64,000 bases of DNA. Origin: an uncultured Planctomycetota bacterium (GTDB taxonomy: Bacteria > Planctomycetota > Planctomycetia > Isosphaerales > Isosphaeraceae). Numbering within the stretch: the stretch's first letter is position 1; each line of letters starts with the position of its first letter. Made by a program: the position numbers and the translations under genes. Positions 19,965 through 30,951 of this stretch are shown one piece after another. Location of the stretch: the NCBI GenBank assembly GCA_963737655.1, contig CAVTTN010000002.1:1824001-1888000 (forward strand). Direction: 5' to 3'. The notes under the pieces were generated by a model. That model was not told the DNA's origin and did not search any database. It was given only the letters and a program-made list of their open reading frames with translations.

Positions 19965-22354
19965 TCAATCTTTTTTGAAGTTCACGGCGACGTTCAACGT
20001 CGCCGGGGCCAGGCATGCGCGGTCGTTGCACGGCTGGTACTTGAGGACGATCTCGGCTTCGAGGGGGCCGGCGTCCGCCTTGTCGTCCAGGCGGACCCTG
20101 GCCCGGATCGTCGCCCGGCCTTCGTACACCTTCGCCGATTCGTCGGTGCCGGGGGCCCGGAAGGTCTTGCCCTCGGGATAGGTCACCTTCACGATCGTCA
20201 GGGGAGAGCCCGGGGCGATCGTGACCGTCGTGGGCTTGAGCGTCTCCGAGCCGCTCGGGTTCGCGGAGATGTGCCAGCCCGGGGCGATCTCGAGCGCGAT
20301 CGTCACGTCGAACTCGTCGCCCGGGGCGACCTTCGCGACGTTCCCGATTGCCTCGGCCGAGAGGACCGAACCCGGCTCGGCGAGGTTCCCGGGGGCCTTC
20401 GCGGGGCCGTCCCCTCGCTTGTTCAGGTAGTCATTCAGGCCGACGAGCATCAAGGGCACGCCCGTCGGCGCCCGCTTCATGACCGCGCTGAACGATTCCA
20501 GGGCCTTGCCGGCGGCATCCAGGTACTTCGCTTCGCCCGTGAGCTCGGCCATCGCCACGAGGTTGCGGATCGCGACGCTGTTGGCCCCGGGCAGGGCGCC
20601 GTCGAAGGGGTCCTTCATCCGGGCCAGGAGGGTCTCGTGGCCGTCGGCCGTGAAGAAGAAGCCGCCGTCCTTGTCGGAGAACTCGGCGAGCATCCGGTCG
20701 GTCAGCTCCCGGGCCTGGGCGAGCCGGTTCGCGTCTCCGGTGGCGGCGTGGAGCCGGATCAGGCCGTGGGCGAGGAAGGCATAGTCTTCGAGATAGGCCG
20801 CGCCCTTTGCCTTGCCGTCTCGGGAGGTCCGCAGGAGCCGGCCGTCCCCGTCCCGATGGACTTTGAGCACGAAATCGGCGGCCTTTTCGGCCGATTTTCG
20901 GCATCGGGGGTCTTTCAGGACGCGGAAGCCGTCGGCGTACGCGGCGATCGCCAGGCCGTTCCAGGCGGTCAGGACCTTCTCGTCCTTCCTCGGGGCGGGT
21001 CGCGCCTCTCGGACGGCCAGGAGCTTGGCCCTCAGAGGGGCGAGCCTCGCTTCGAGGGCCTCGGGCGTTGTCCCCAGGGCCTCGGCCGCGTCTTTGCGGG
21101 AGAAGGATTCGCGGAGGACGTGCCGGTCCCCCTCGAAGTTCGCCGGCCGGTCCAGGCCGTAGACTTTTGAGAAGGCCCGGAGGTCGTCGCCGTCGCCCAG
21201 GGCCCTGGCGACCTCCTCGTTCTTCCAGACGTAATAGGCCCCTTCCTCGCCCTCGGTCTCGGCGTCGAGGGCCGAGAAGAATCCGCCCTCGGGGGCCGTC
21301 ATCACGCGGTCGAGGAAGGCGAAGATGCCCTGGGCTTCGGCCTTCCAGCGCTCGTCCTTCGTGGCCTCGAAGGTTTCGAGGAACACGGTGGCGAGCTGGG
21401 CGTTGTCGTAGAGCATCTTCTCGAAGTGGGGGACCGTCCACGAGCGATCGACGCTGTAGCGGTGATAGCCGCCGCCGAGGTGGTCGCGAATCCCGCCTCG
21501 GGCCATGTGGTCGAGCGTCGCGAGGACCATCGCCCTCGGGTCCGGGCCCTTCAGGAGGCCCAGCCGCTTCGAGGCCGGCAGGCTGGCGCGGCGGAGGAGG
21601 AATTCGAGGTTCGACGGCTCGGGGAACTTCGGCCTCCGGGGGCGGTCGGGGTCGAAGCCGAACCCGCCGAAGTCGGGGTCGAAGTCCTCGGCCAACGCGG
21701 CCTGGCCGGCGTCGAGCAAGGACCGGGTCAGGGGGACGCGGTCCTTCTCGGCGGCCGCTCGGGACGACGTGCGGACGGCCTCGGTGAGCGTGTCGGCGTC
21801 GCGGTCGAGCTCGGCGCGGTGGTCCCGCCAGGCTTCGTGGATCTTCTCCAGCAAGGTGTCAAAGCCGGGGTTGCCTTCGCGGTCGTGAGGGGGCAGGTAC
21901 GTGGCGGCGAAGAACGGGCGGCCGTCGGGGAAGAGGAACAGGCTCATCGGCCAGCCGCCCGAGCCGCTGAAGCTCTGGAGGGCCGCCATGTACACGGCAT
22001 CCACGTCCGGCCGTTCCTCGCGATCGACCTTGATGCAGACGAACCGGGCGTTCAGGACCTTGGCGATCGCGGCGTCCTCGAACGTCTCGCGCTCCATCAC
22101 GTGGCACCAGTAGCACGACGAGTAGCCGACGGAGAGGAAGATCGGCTTGCCTTCCTTCTTCGCCTTCTCCAGGGCCTCGGGCCCCAGGGATACCAGTCCA
22201 CGGGGTTGTGGGCGTGCTGGAGGAGGTACGGGCTGGTCTCGCCGGCCAGGTGATTGGGGGGATGTTGGGTCCTGGGCTTCGGGTCGTCGGCCGAGGCCGG
22301 CAGCGTCAGGGAGAGCCAGGCGGTCGCCGCGAGGAAAACCAGCAGTCGTCTCAT
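19965..22354 (-). CDS. YyaL/SPATA20-like thioredoxin domain protein (DUF255) with C-terminal DsbD-N-like domain, apparent frameshift near 22180
   Basis: [25 protein letters not shown] then [44 protein letters not shown]. Confidence 0.9.
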
Positions 22355-22720
22355 GGCGAAGGTCCCGGGTCGGCGAGGTTCGATCGGTGGGGCGATTCTA
22401 CGCCGGGGACCGGGAGGGCGCCCACCTCCTCGACGGCCCGGGGCGTCGGGCCGCCTCGGATTCGAGGGCGGTTTCTTGGGCTCGGTTTCGTGGCGAATTC
22501 CTGATCGTCTGTCGTTGCAAGTGCTGATCGGAGAAGGGATTCGGCAAAAACGAACAATTTGTTTCGGAAATCTGAGGATGGGAAAAACTCGCTCTTCCGA
22601 GCGGCCGTCCCACGGGATCGGGACGGCCTCCCAAGGAAACAGGATCGCGAACGGAGCGGGTTGCGATCACCCGATCCGGGCGATTCGGCCGCCGAATGGT
22701 CGGCCCAAGGGTCGAGAATC

Positions 22721-22956
22721 GGGTGGCATGCTTACGTCTTTGTCACGCGACACGAAGTTATACCCCCGCGCCGCGATTGTATTTTCAGGCGTTTCTTCGT
22801 ATAAACGCTTGAAAGATCGTCGGTTGCGTCCGAAGGCCCTTGAAATTGTCGAACAATTCAGGGGGTATAACTTCGTGTCGCGTGACATCTTCGTCAGCAT
22901 GGCTTCGGTTCGAGCTGGGCCTAAGACATGCTTACGAAGACGTAAGCATGCCACCC
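22721..22956. repeat. REP/REPIN-like palindromic element interrupted by a MITE
   Basis: GGGTGGCATGCTTACGTCTT...CATGCTTACGAAGACGTAAGCATGCCACCC; homologous to the intact copy at 24912-24997. Confidence 0.85.
22741..22887. mobile_element. 147-bp MITE with perfect 27-bp terminal inverted repeats and a 4-bp TCTT target duplication
   Basis: TGTCACGCGACACGAAGTTATACCCCC (22741-22767) and its reverse complement (22861-22887); TCTT at 22737-22740 and 22888-22891. Confidence 0.88.
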
Positions 22957-23012
22957 AAAATGGCAAGTTCTCTGGGGCGATCCATCGCCGATTCACGAGT
23001 TGGAGGCCTGGC

Positions 23013-24839
23013 CTAATTTGGCTCGTTCACCCGGGTGGTGATGGAGTAGGTCCGGGCGTCGTCCTCGTCGTGGGCGAAGTGGACGGTGCAGATGGCGGTG
23101 CCCTTCTTGGTGGCCTTCACGCGGAGGGTCAGCACCTGGTCGGCCCCGGAGGCGAGGTCGAAGGGGGTGAACATGGCGTCGTGGCGGGGCTGGCCCTCCT
23201 GGGCGGCGGAGGCGGCCTTGGTCGGCCCGCTGGTGTCGATCAGGTCCATGTTGTCCGTGAGCTTGGCCGTGACCAGGAGCTTCTTCGCGTCGAGGGAGCC
23301 GACGTTCTTCATGTGGATCTCGTAGACGGTCTCCTCGCCCACGTCCAGGACGCGCCGCTTCTCCTCGACGGTGCACTTGATGTCGGGCATGCCGACGACC
23401 TCGGTGGTGCATCGGTCGTCCTTGCGGGGGCAGGTGTCGGCCTGGATGGCGGCCTTCACGTCGTACCGGCCGGCGCCTCCGACGGTCATCAGGAAGCTCA
23501 GCTCCCGGGGAGGGGCGTTGGGCTCGATCTCGCCCAGGGGCCAGAAGAGGCTGCGGTCGCTGGCGCCGTACTTCGCCCCCGGGGGGACCGCCTCGAGCTT
23601 GCCCCCGAGGGGAAGCCAGATCTTGGCCCGGGCGTTCTTCGCCGTGGCGGTGCCGGGGTTCGAGATGGTCAGGGTGTATCGGGCGACGGTGTCGGTGTAC
23701 TTGGTCTGCGAGCCCTTGAGCTTCAGCTCGAGCTTCGGCTCGACGACCTCGACGCCCGCCTCCGCGTGGGCCTCGGGCCGGTCGGTCACGTCGGCGCTCT
23801 CGGCCCAGACCTCGCATTTCTGGAGGCCGCCGGCGCCGGCCTCGACCTCCAGGGGGAGGGTCTCGCTCTCGCCGGAGTTCAGCGCCTCCCGGCCGAGGTC
23901 TTCCTTGAACTTGACCTCGACCTCGCTGCCGTACTCCTGCTTCAGCCCCGGGCTCAGCTTGGCGTGGACGATCACGTTGCGGGCCGTGCCCGAGCCGTTG
24001 TTCGTGACGTGGACGGCGAACGTGACGAACTTGCCCTTGAGGACCTTGCCGCTCTCGTCCTGGGTGATCTCGACCTTCAATTTCGGCTCTTTCACCAGGG
24101 TCCGGGCGCGGCTGCCGGTCAGCAGGCGGACCGTCGGCGCGTGGTCGAAGTCGCCGGTCCTCGTGGGCTTGACGGTCACGGTGATGACCTTCTCGGCGCC
24201 CGCGGGGAGGCTGTCGAGCTGCCAGACCAGCATGTCCCCGATCGGGTCCATGGGCGCGGGTTCGGCCTTCTCGAACAGGAGGCCCTCCGGGAGCCGGTCG
24301 TACACGGCCACGCTCATGGCGGGCGAGGCGCCGGTGTTCTTCACCACGATCTTGAACTTGGTGGACTTGTTCACGTTCGCCGTGGCCGGGGCCTGGACCT
24401 CGACGGTCACCGCGGCCGAGCTCGGGGCCAGGGGCAGGCGGTCCGGCGACAGGATCCACGGCATCTTGCCGTCCTGGGTCGAGCCGGCCGGGCTCGCGGC
24501 GGCGCCCCCGGGAGGCTCCTTCGCGGCGGGCAGGGGGTCGGCCGGGTCTTTCGGAGGGGCCTGGACCTTCAGGAGGTCATCCCGCTTCGGGATCTCCTCC
24601 TCGCCGGGTCCGGGTTCCACCGGGGGAGTGGCCTTGGGCTTCGCTCCGGCCTTCGTCGATCCGCCGGAAAGGGCCGGGGGGGCCTCCGGCTCGTCGATCG
24701 GGTCCGCGCCCTCGGGCCCGGGAGGGGGCGCCGGGGCGGGCCCGCTCAGGGCGGGCGGCTCGTCCTGAGCCGAAGCGCCCCGCCACGCCCCAGGAAGGGT
24801 CAGGGTCATCACGACCGCGATCAGCAAGAGCCGGGTCAT
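23013..24839 (-). CDS. Secreted DUF11/CARDB-type Ig-repeat protein
   Basis: Signal peptide, Pro-rich linker, four Ig-like repeats (F/Y.I.V.N.G...A). Confidence 0.85.
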   Translation of the reverse strand: MTRLLLIAVVMTLTLPGAWRGASAQDEPPALSGPAPAPPPGPEGADPIDEPEAPPALSGGSTKAGAKPKATPPVEPGPGEEEIPKRDDLLKVQAPPKDPADPLPAAKEPPGGAAASPAGSTQDGKMPWILSPDRLPLAPSSAAVTVEVQAPATANVNKSTKFKIVVKNTGASPAMSVAVYDRLPEGLLFEKAEPAPMDPIGDMLVWQLDSLPAGAEKVITVTVKPTRTGDFDHAPTVRLLTGSRARTLVKEPKLKVEITQDESGKVLKGKFVTFAVHVTNNGSGTARNVIVHAKLSPGLKQEYGSEVEVKFKEDLGREALNSGESETLPLEVEAGAGGLQKCEVWAESADVTDRPEAHAEAGVEVVEPKLELKLKGSQTKYTDTVARYTLTISNPGTATAKNARAKIWLPLGGKLEAVPPGAKYGASDRSLFWPLGEIEPNAPPRELSFLMTVGGAGRYDVKAAIQADTCPRKDDRCTTEVVGMPDIKCTVEEKRRVLDVGEETVYEIHMKNVGSLDAKKLLVTAKLTDNMDLIDTSGPTKAASAAQEGQPRHDAMFTPFDLASGADQVLTLRVKATKKGTAICTVHFAHDEDDARTYSITTRVNEPN

Positions 24840-24911
24840 GGAAACGCTCCCCTCCTTGGGAACGGCCCTCGCGGGAAATGGGCGGTGGCGAGGCGTCCGT
24901 GGTCCGTGATC

Positions 24912-24997
24912 GGGTGGCATGCTTACGTCTTCGTAAGCATGGCTTCGGCCGGGCTCGGACCCAAAGACATGCTTACGAACACATAAGCATGCTGCCC
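24912..24997. repeat. Intact REP/REPIN-like palindromic element (86 bp)
   Basis: Two CATGCTTAC..TAAGCATG hairpins in inverted arrangement with GGGTGGC/GCTGCCC ends. Confidence 0.85.
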
Positions 24998-25086
24998 GAC
25001 CCGCGAAGTACGGACAACCGACGACTCGCGACCGTCCTTTCACAACCGAAGGCTCCAAATAGCATAAGCGGGCGATCTCGAAAAGC

Positions 25087-26025
25087 TCAGATCGGCCGGT
25101 CGATGGCCTCGGCCAGCCTCCTCGCGGTGGCCTCCGGGGGTTCGTCGTCGGGGACGGGGAGGGGTCGGCATTCGGCCAGCCCCCGGAACCACGTCCCCTG
25201 GCGCTTGGCGAACTGGCGGGTCCGGGCCTGGGTCTTCGCCACGGCCTCGGCCAGCGAGGATCGCCCGTCGAGGTGATCGATCGCCTCGCGATACCCCACG
25301 CCCTGGCTCGGGACCGGATTCAGCGGCCTGGAGGCGGACCGAAGCGCCCGAACCTCGGCCAGCAGCCCATGTTCGAACATGGAGACCACCCGGCGATCGA
25401 TCCGGTCGCGGAGCGTCTGGCGAGGTCTCTCCAGGGCGAACACCCGGGCGTCGCGGTCCGGCTGATCGTGGGAGGTCTGGAAGTCGCTCAACGGCCGGCC
25501 GGTCAGTTCCAGGACTTCCAGGGCGCGAATCACCCGGCGGCGGTCCGCCGGATGGAGCCGGGCCGCGGAGACCGGGTCGCCCTGAACCAGACGCGCATGG
25601 AGGGCCTCGCCCCCGAGCCGATCGGCGTCCGCTTCGAGCCTCGCCCGGAGGTCCGGGTCGGCGCCGGGCCCGTCGAACAGCCCCCGGAGGAGCGTTTTCA
25701 GGTAAAGGGCCGTCCCGCCCACGAACAACGGCCGCCGCCCCCTCGCCTGGATGGCCTCGACGGCCGACAGCGCCCAGGCCCGATAGTCGGCCACGCTCGC
25801 CGATTCCCAGGGATGGAGGAGGTCGAGCAGGTGATGGGGGACCCCTCGCCTCTCCTCGACCGACGGCTTGGCCGTGCCGATGTCCATGCCTCGGTAGAGG
25901 GTCATGGAGTCCATCGCCACGACCTCCGCCCCCAGGATCTCGGCCAGGGCCACGCCCACGGCCGTCTTGCCCGAGGCGGTGGGGCCGGTCAGGTACAGGG
26001 CCTGGCGGAGCGGGTCGTCGGTCAT
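25087..26025 (-). CDS. miaA: tRNA dimethylallyltransferase
   Basis: GPTASGKT, DSMTLYRGMDIGTAKP, VGGTALY, TRQFAKRQ.TW. Confidence 0.97.
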   Translation of the reverse strand: MTDDPLRQALYLTGPTASGKTAVGVALAEILGAEVVAMDSMTLYRGMDIGTAKPSVEERRGVPHHLLDLLHPWESASVADYRAWALSAVEAIQARGRRPLFVGGTALYLKTLLRGLFDGPGADPDLRARLEADADRLGGEALHARLVQGDPVSAARLHPADRRRVIRALEVLELTGRPLSDFQTSHDQPDRDARVFALERPRQTLRDRIDRRVVSMFEHGLLAEVRALRSASRPLNPVPSQGVGYREAIDHLDGRSSLAEAVAKTQARTRQFAKRQGTWFRGLAECRPLPVPDDEPPEATARRLAEAIDRPI

Positions 26026-26186
26026 GGGCGGGGCCGTCTGCGAAAGGGTCGGAATTCCACGGTGGGTCGGGTCGGGAGAACCGATTCTATCGACATCCTT
26101 CGGCGTTTGCGGCATGTCCCGGGCTTCGGAAGGCCAGGGCCGGGAGAGTTCCGGCCGAAACCCACCACGCAAGCAGTGAGGACGAG

Positions 26187-26633
26187 ATGCCCATCGCGCG
26201 ATCGGCCCTGGAGATCCTGGACGAAGTCACGATCCCTGTTCCTTGCCCGGCGTCCTGGTCGGACATGACGGGCGGCGATCGGGTCCGCACCTGCTCCGCC
26301 TGCGAGAAACCGGTGTTTGACCTGTCGGCGATCACGACGGTCGAGGCCGCCCGGCTCCTCGGGGATGCCGATCGCCTGCCGTGCGTCCGGGTCCGCCGGG
26401 GAGAGGACGGCCGAATCCTGACCGCCGACGGCCCGGCCGGGTTCCGGGAGCGAATCCGGCGGCGGCTGGGTCGTCACGCCGGGTGGGCCGCGGCCCTGTT
26501 CGCCCTGGTCTTCCTCCCGGGATGCACGCGAATGTTCACCTACGGGGCGCCGGCCCGGATGATCAAGGAGCCGATCCATGCCCCGGACGGCGGCCACGAG
26601 CATCGAGGGCCCGATCCGGCGGCCGAGCGATGA
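26187..26633 (+). CDS. Hypothetical protein with Cys-rich N-terminal domain and TM/lipobox-like segment
   Basis: PCPASWSDMTG.DRVR.CSAC..VFDLS; hydrophobic WAAALFALVFLPGC. Confidence 0.7.
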   Translation: MPIARSALEILDEVTIPVPCPASWSDMTGGDRVRTCSACEKPVFDLSAITTVEAARLLGDADRLPCVRVRRGEDGRILTADGPAGFRERIRRRLGRHAGWAAALFALVFLPGCTRMFTYGAPARMIKEPIHAPDGGHEHRGPDPAAER

Positions 26634-26870
26634 GGAATTCCCGACTCGACCGGAAGTCTTGGCCGGATCTTGGCATCCGAATTGCCGGCCTCGGGGGTCG
26701 CCGGCTCCTCCCTTGTCTCGGCCCCGGGTCGTGTCTATAGCTTGACACGGGGCGTCGCCCTCGCCGGGGAAGGCGAGAGGGGGGCGCCGGAGCCGGCGGA
26801 GGCCGCCCGATCCGGTCGGGAGGCGGGCCGGAGATATGTCCTGGTCCCGAGCCCGAGGTGCCCCTTGTCG

Positions 26871-27881
26871 ATGAACGCCCCGATCCGGACCATCCCCAAG
26901 CGCCTCTCGATCGTCCGGGTCCCCGAGGCGAGCCCTTCGCAATCGTTCGCCCAGGCCGTGAGGAGCGGCCTGCTCGCGGAGCCCAAGACCTTGCCCTGTC
27001 AGTTCTTGTACGATGCCGCCGGCTCCGAGCTCTTCGAGAAGATTTGCTCCCTCCCCGAATACTACCTGACCCGGACCGAGGACGCGATCCTCCGCGATCA
27101 CGCCGACGCGATGACCGCCGGCCTGCCCGATGGCCCCGCCCTGATCGAGCTCGGCAGCGGCAGCTCGACGAAGACCCGGCGCCTGATCGAGGCGGCCCTT
27201 GAGGCTTACGGCGACGTGCATTACGTCCCGATCGACGTCTCGCCGACGATCCTGGAGGACTCGGCCCGAGGGCTCGTCCGCGACTATCACCGGCTGAGGG
27301 TCACGGGCTACGCGGGGGATTATCGGTCCGCCCTGGGGGAGGTCGCCGCGAGGGTCCGGCGGCCGAAGCTGGTCGTCTTCCTCGGGTCCAGCCTCGGCAA
27401 TTATACCGACGAGGACGCGGCCGACCTGCTCGCCCACGTCCGCCGGACGATGGGCCCCGACGACCGATTCCTGCTGGGGACGGACCTGGCTAAGGGTCGA
27501 GAAATCCTCGAACCGGCCTACGACGACGCCCAGGGCGTCTCGGCGGCGTTCAACCGCAACCTCCTGACGAGGATCAACCGCGAGCTCGGCGGGGAGTTCG
27601 ACCCGATGAGCTTCACCCACCGGGCGGTCTACCGGGCCGAGCCCGGGAGGGTGGAGATGCACCTCGTCAGCCAGACGTCGCAGGTCGTGCGGGTCAAGGC
27701 CCTGGGGATCGAGGTCCCCTTCGCCCTCGGCGAGTCGATCCACACGGAGAACTCGCGGAAATACACGGTCGAGGTGCTCGATTCGCTCGCCCGGACCGCC
27801 GGGTTCGTCGAGGAGGCCGCCTGGACCGACGCCTCCGGGGCCTTCCGCGTGCAGAGGTGGCGGCCGTCCCGGGCGCAGTAG
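26871..27881 (+). CDS. egtD: L-histidine N-alpha-methyltransferase (ergothioneine pathway)
   Basis: LYDAAGSELFEKI..LPEYYLTRTE, ELGSGSSTKT, FLGSSLGN, AYDDAQGV.AAFN.N, IHTENSRKY. Confidence 0.93.
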   Translation: MNAPIRTIPKRLSIVRVPEASPSQSFAQAVRSGLLAEPKTLPCQFLYDAAGSELFEKICSLPEYYLTRTEDAILRDHADAMTAGLPDGPALIELGSGSSTKTRRLIEAALEAYGDVHYVPIDVSPTILEDSARGLVRDYHRLRVTGYAGDYRSALGEVAARVRRPKLVVFLGSSLGNYTDEDAADLLAHVRRTMGPDDRFLLGTDLAKGREILEPAYDDAQGVSAAFNRNLLTRINRELGGEFDPMSFTHRAVYRAEPGRVEMHLVSQTSQVVRVKALGIEVPFALGESIHTENSRKYTVEVLDSLARTAGFVEEAAWTDASGAFRVQRWRPSRAQ

Positions 27882-27982
27882 ATCGGCCCTGGGGTCGGGC
27901 CGGGAGGCTCGACACCCGGCCCTCCCGCGCCCATAATCCTTCCTCGGGGGTCGAGTACACTTCGGCGAGGCTCGGTCGTCCC

Positions 27983-28132
27983 ATGAGGCGATTCGTCCTG
28001 ATCGTTCTGTTGATGGGGCTGGTCGGCTGCTCGCCCAAGGAGAGCGGCCATCGGGACGGCGCCCCCTCGGGAGCCGGGCCGGCCCCGTCGCCTCCTTCGC
28101 CTTCGCCCTCGACGAAGATCCCGATGCATTGA
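27983..28132 (+). CDS. Small lipoprotein (49 aa)
   Basis: MRRFVLIVLLMGLVG-C lipobox followed by a Pro-rich tail. Confidence 0.65.
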   Translation: MRRFVLIVLLMGLVGCSPKESGHRDGAPSGAGPAPSPPSPSPSTKIPMH

Positions 28133-28149
28133 CCGCTCTTGATTGATGG

Positions 28150-29222
28150 ATGGACAGCGAGGGGAGGCCCGCGGTGACGGATTCTCGGCCCCTGGTGGCC
28201 CTCACGCTCGGGGACGTCGCCGGGATCGGGCCGGAGGTCGTCGCCCGGGCGTGGTCCGAGGCGTCGTTGCGGACGATCGCCCGTCCGTTCGTCGTCGGCC
28301 ATCCGGCGAGCCTGGAACAGGGCATCGCGATCGTCGGCGGGACGATCGAGGTCCGCGTGATCGACCGCCCGGAGGACGCCCGGCCCGACTCCCGGACGAT
28401 CCCCTGCCTCCTCGGCACCGATCAGGCCCTGGCGGGCCTGCCGCTCGGCAAGGTGGACGCTCGGGCCGGTCGCGCCGCCCATGATTTCCTGGTCTCGGCG
28501 ATCGACCTGGCCCTGGAGGGCCGGGTGGACGCGATCGTCACGCTCCCCTTGAACAAGGAATCGCTCCGGGCCGGTGGGGTGAGGCATCCCGGGCACACGG
28601 AGATCCTCGCCGAGCGGTGCGGCGTGTCGGATTTCGCGATGATGCTCTACCTCGGCCCGCCGACCGGGGGCGGGGACGCCGGGCTCGGCGTGGTCCACGC
28701 GACGCTCCATGTGCCCCTGCGAGACGTCTTCCGGCTCCTGACCATCGACCGGGTGGCCGAGACCATCGCCCTGGCCGATCGCGCCCTGAGGCCCCTGACC
28801 GGGGGGCGGGCCCGAGGGTCGCCGTGGCCGGATTGAACCCCCACGCCGGGGAGAACGGCCTGTTCGGCGACGAGGAGATCCGGGTGATCGGCCCGGCCGT
28901 CGAGAGGGCCCGGGCGATGGGGATCGACGTCGCCGGGCCGATCGCCGCCGACACCCTGTTCGTCCGCGCCGTCGGCGGCGAGTTCGACGCGGTGGTGGCG
29001 ATGTATCACGACCAGGGCCACGTGGCCCTGAAGACCCTGGGATTTGACCGCGCGGTGAACGTGACCCTCGGGCTGCCGATCGTCCGGACGAGCGTGGCCC
29101 ACGGCACGGCCTTCGACATCGCCGGCTCGGGCCGGGCCGAGACGTCCAGCCTGATCGAGGCGGTCCGCGTGGCCGCGAGGATCGTCGCCGGCCGTCGCTC
29201 GGAGGCCCTGACCCGATCATGA
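28150..29222 (+). CDS. pdxA: 4-hydroxythreonine-4-phosphate dehydrogenase PdxA family, apparent frameshift in G6 at 28801-28806
   Basis: [13 protein letters not shown], then in a second frame [30 protein letters not shown]. Confidence 0.92.
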
Positions 29223-29857
29223 CCCGGATCTACCTCGTCCGCCACGGCGCCACGGCCGCCAATCGCGAGACGCCCTATCGCATCCAGGGCCGGGGATCGA
29301 ACCGGCCTCTCGACGAGGTCGGGCTCGCCCAGGCCGAGGCCGCCGCCGGCGCCCTGGCCTCGCTGCCGATCGCCGCGGTCTTCACCAGCCCGATGCTCCG
29401 GGCCGTCCAGACCGCCTCGGCCATCGCCGGGCGCTTCGCGCTCGACCCGGAGACGGTCCCCGAGATCACCGAGGCCGACGTCGGCCGGTGGGAAGGGCTC
29501 ACGTGGGACCAGGCCGCCGAGAAGGACCCCGAGCAGGTCGCCCGGTTCCTGGCCGATCCCGGCACCGTTCCGTATCCCGACGGGGAGTCGTTCCGGGACG
29601 TCCAGGGACGGGTCACCCCGGCGATCCTCGCCCTGGCGGCGAGGCATCCGGGAGGGCGGATCGTCGTGGTCGGGCACAACGTCGTCAATCGCGCGTTCCT
29701 GGCCCCGTGGCTGGGCGTCCCGATCGAGAAGGCCCGGGGGCTCCGCCAGGCCAACGGCGGGATCAGCGTCGTGGTCGTGGAGAAGGACGGCAAGGCCGTC
29801 GTCGAGACCCTGAACTCGACCCTACACCTCGATGTTCCGGGGCTTCCGTGCGGATGA
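29219..29857 (+). CDS. Histidine phosphatase family protein
   Basis: LVRHG, SP.LRA.QTA, GES, VVGH. Confidence 0.9.
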   Translation: MTRIYLVRHGATAANRETPYRIQGRGSNRPLDEVGLAQAEAAAGALASLPIAAVFTSPMLRAVQTASAIAGRFALDPETVPEITEADVGRWEGLTWDQAAEKDPEQVARFLADPGTVPYPDGESFRDVQGRVTPAILALAARHPGGRIVVVGHNVVNRAFLAPWLGVPIEKARGLRQANGGISVVVVEKDGKAVVETLNSTLHLDVPGLPCG

Positions 29858-30232
29858 GCGGTCGCCGATCCAGGGCGACGCATCCTTCCCCCACCAGAAG
29901 GCGAAGAGGGTGCCGAACCCGACCATGATCCAGGTGACGTTCTCGACCGTCGCCGGATGGGTCACGAAGTATTCGAGCGAATCGTTGTTCCGGGGGAAGA
30001 ACTTCCACTCGCTCAGGAGGCCGACGAGGGAGGCGGCGACCCCGGCCACGGCGCCCCGGACGATCGAGCGCCGCCGAGAGAGCAGATTGCAGCCCAGGCC
30101 GAGCATCGCCCCGGGGATGACCAGCCCGTAATAGCCCCGATGCTTCAGCCAGACGAAGAGGAACACGCCCACCGCCGCCCCGATCGCCGCCCCGACCAGG
30201 CTCATCACGGCCTCAAGCAGCGTCTTCACCAT
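29822..30232 (-). CDS. Hypothetical membrane protein
   Basis: Four Gly/Ala-rich hydrophobic segments. Confidence 0.7.
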   Translation of the reverse strand: MVKTLLEAVMSLVGAAIGAAVGVFLFVWLKHRGYYGLVIPGAMLGLGCNLLSRRRSIVRGAVAGVAASLVGLLSEWKFFPRNNDSLEYFVTHPATVENVTWIMVGFGTLFAFWWGKDASPWIGDRSSARKPRNIEV

Positions 30233-30951
30233 CGTCCCCTCCACGCTCGGTCTCGCCCCGGTCCTCGATCTCCGAGATTATTCAGGGTCGGGGCCGTGGG
30301 GGCAAGTCGGGCCGAGGAGAATTCGGCGACGCCGGGGCTGACCGTTGACGAGCGCAGGGGACTTCACATGGAGATTGAAGTCTTTGGAGAAATCATGGAT
30401 TCGAGCGGAAGTCGATTCGAACCGAACCCTCGGTTGATGTAAATAGGCAAAAAACCCGAAAGGTAACATTCGATTGGTTTGCAGATCTCAACGTGGTTTC
30501 GGCCCGAAACGAGCCGATTGGGACGCCGAAAAAAATGACATTTTGGGGTTGACCTCGGCGAATCGCACCTCGTAGGATCAGCCCGCACGTTCGAATTCGC
30601 CATTTTCGGTGAATCCCAAGCTCAGAAACTTCGTCGTGCCCGAGTTGCGTCACGTCCCCTGGATCGTGAGAGGGTCCGTCCGTCGCCCGCGAGCGATCGG
30701 CGGTGTGCAAGGCGCCGATCCCGCAGGGCGTCCCGATTAATTTGGCCGATCGGCCTGCGTCAAGGGGTCCCCTCTTCGGTTGAGGGGGCGTCCTTGTCGT
30801 CGAGGTCGCGCCGCGTCTGGGGCCCGGCCGAGGGGGGACCTCGGCCGGGATCGTTCGTCGTCCGCGCCCCGTTGGGTGCCCTCCGTGAGACGGGGCCCCG
30901 GCGGGGCTCGTGCCTCGTCGCGCCTCGAGTCTTCCGACCCCGGAGCCCCCC

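Noticed and set aside
22753..22876. ATAACTTCGT in the MITE TIRs resembles a loxP arm
   Set aside because: Only 10 of 13 bp match, spacing and orientation are not lox-like, and the TSD points to DDE transposition.
30250..30950. Possible c-di-GMP riboswitch (GGCAAA...GAAAGG) upstream of the toxin carrier
   Set aside because: The second stem and spacing do not fit; it is only a long lower-GC promoter region.
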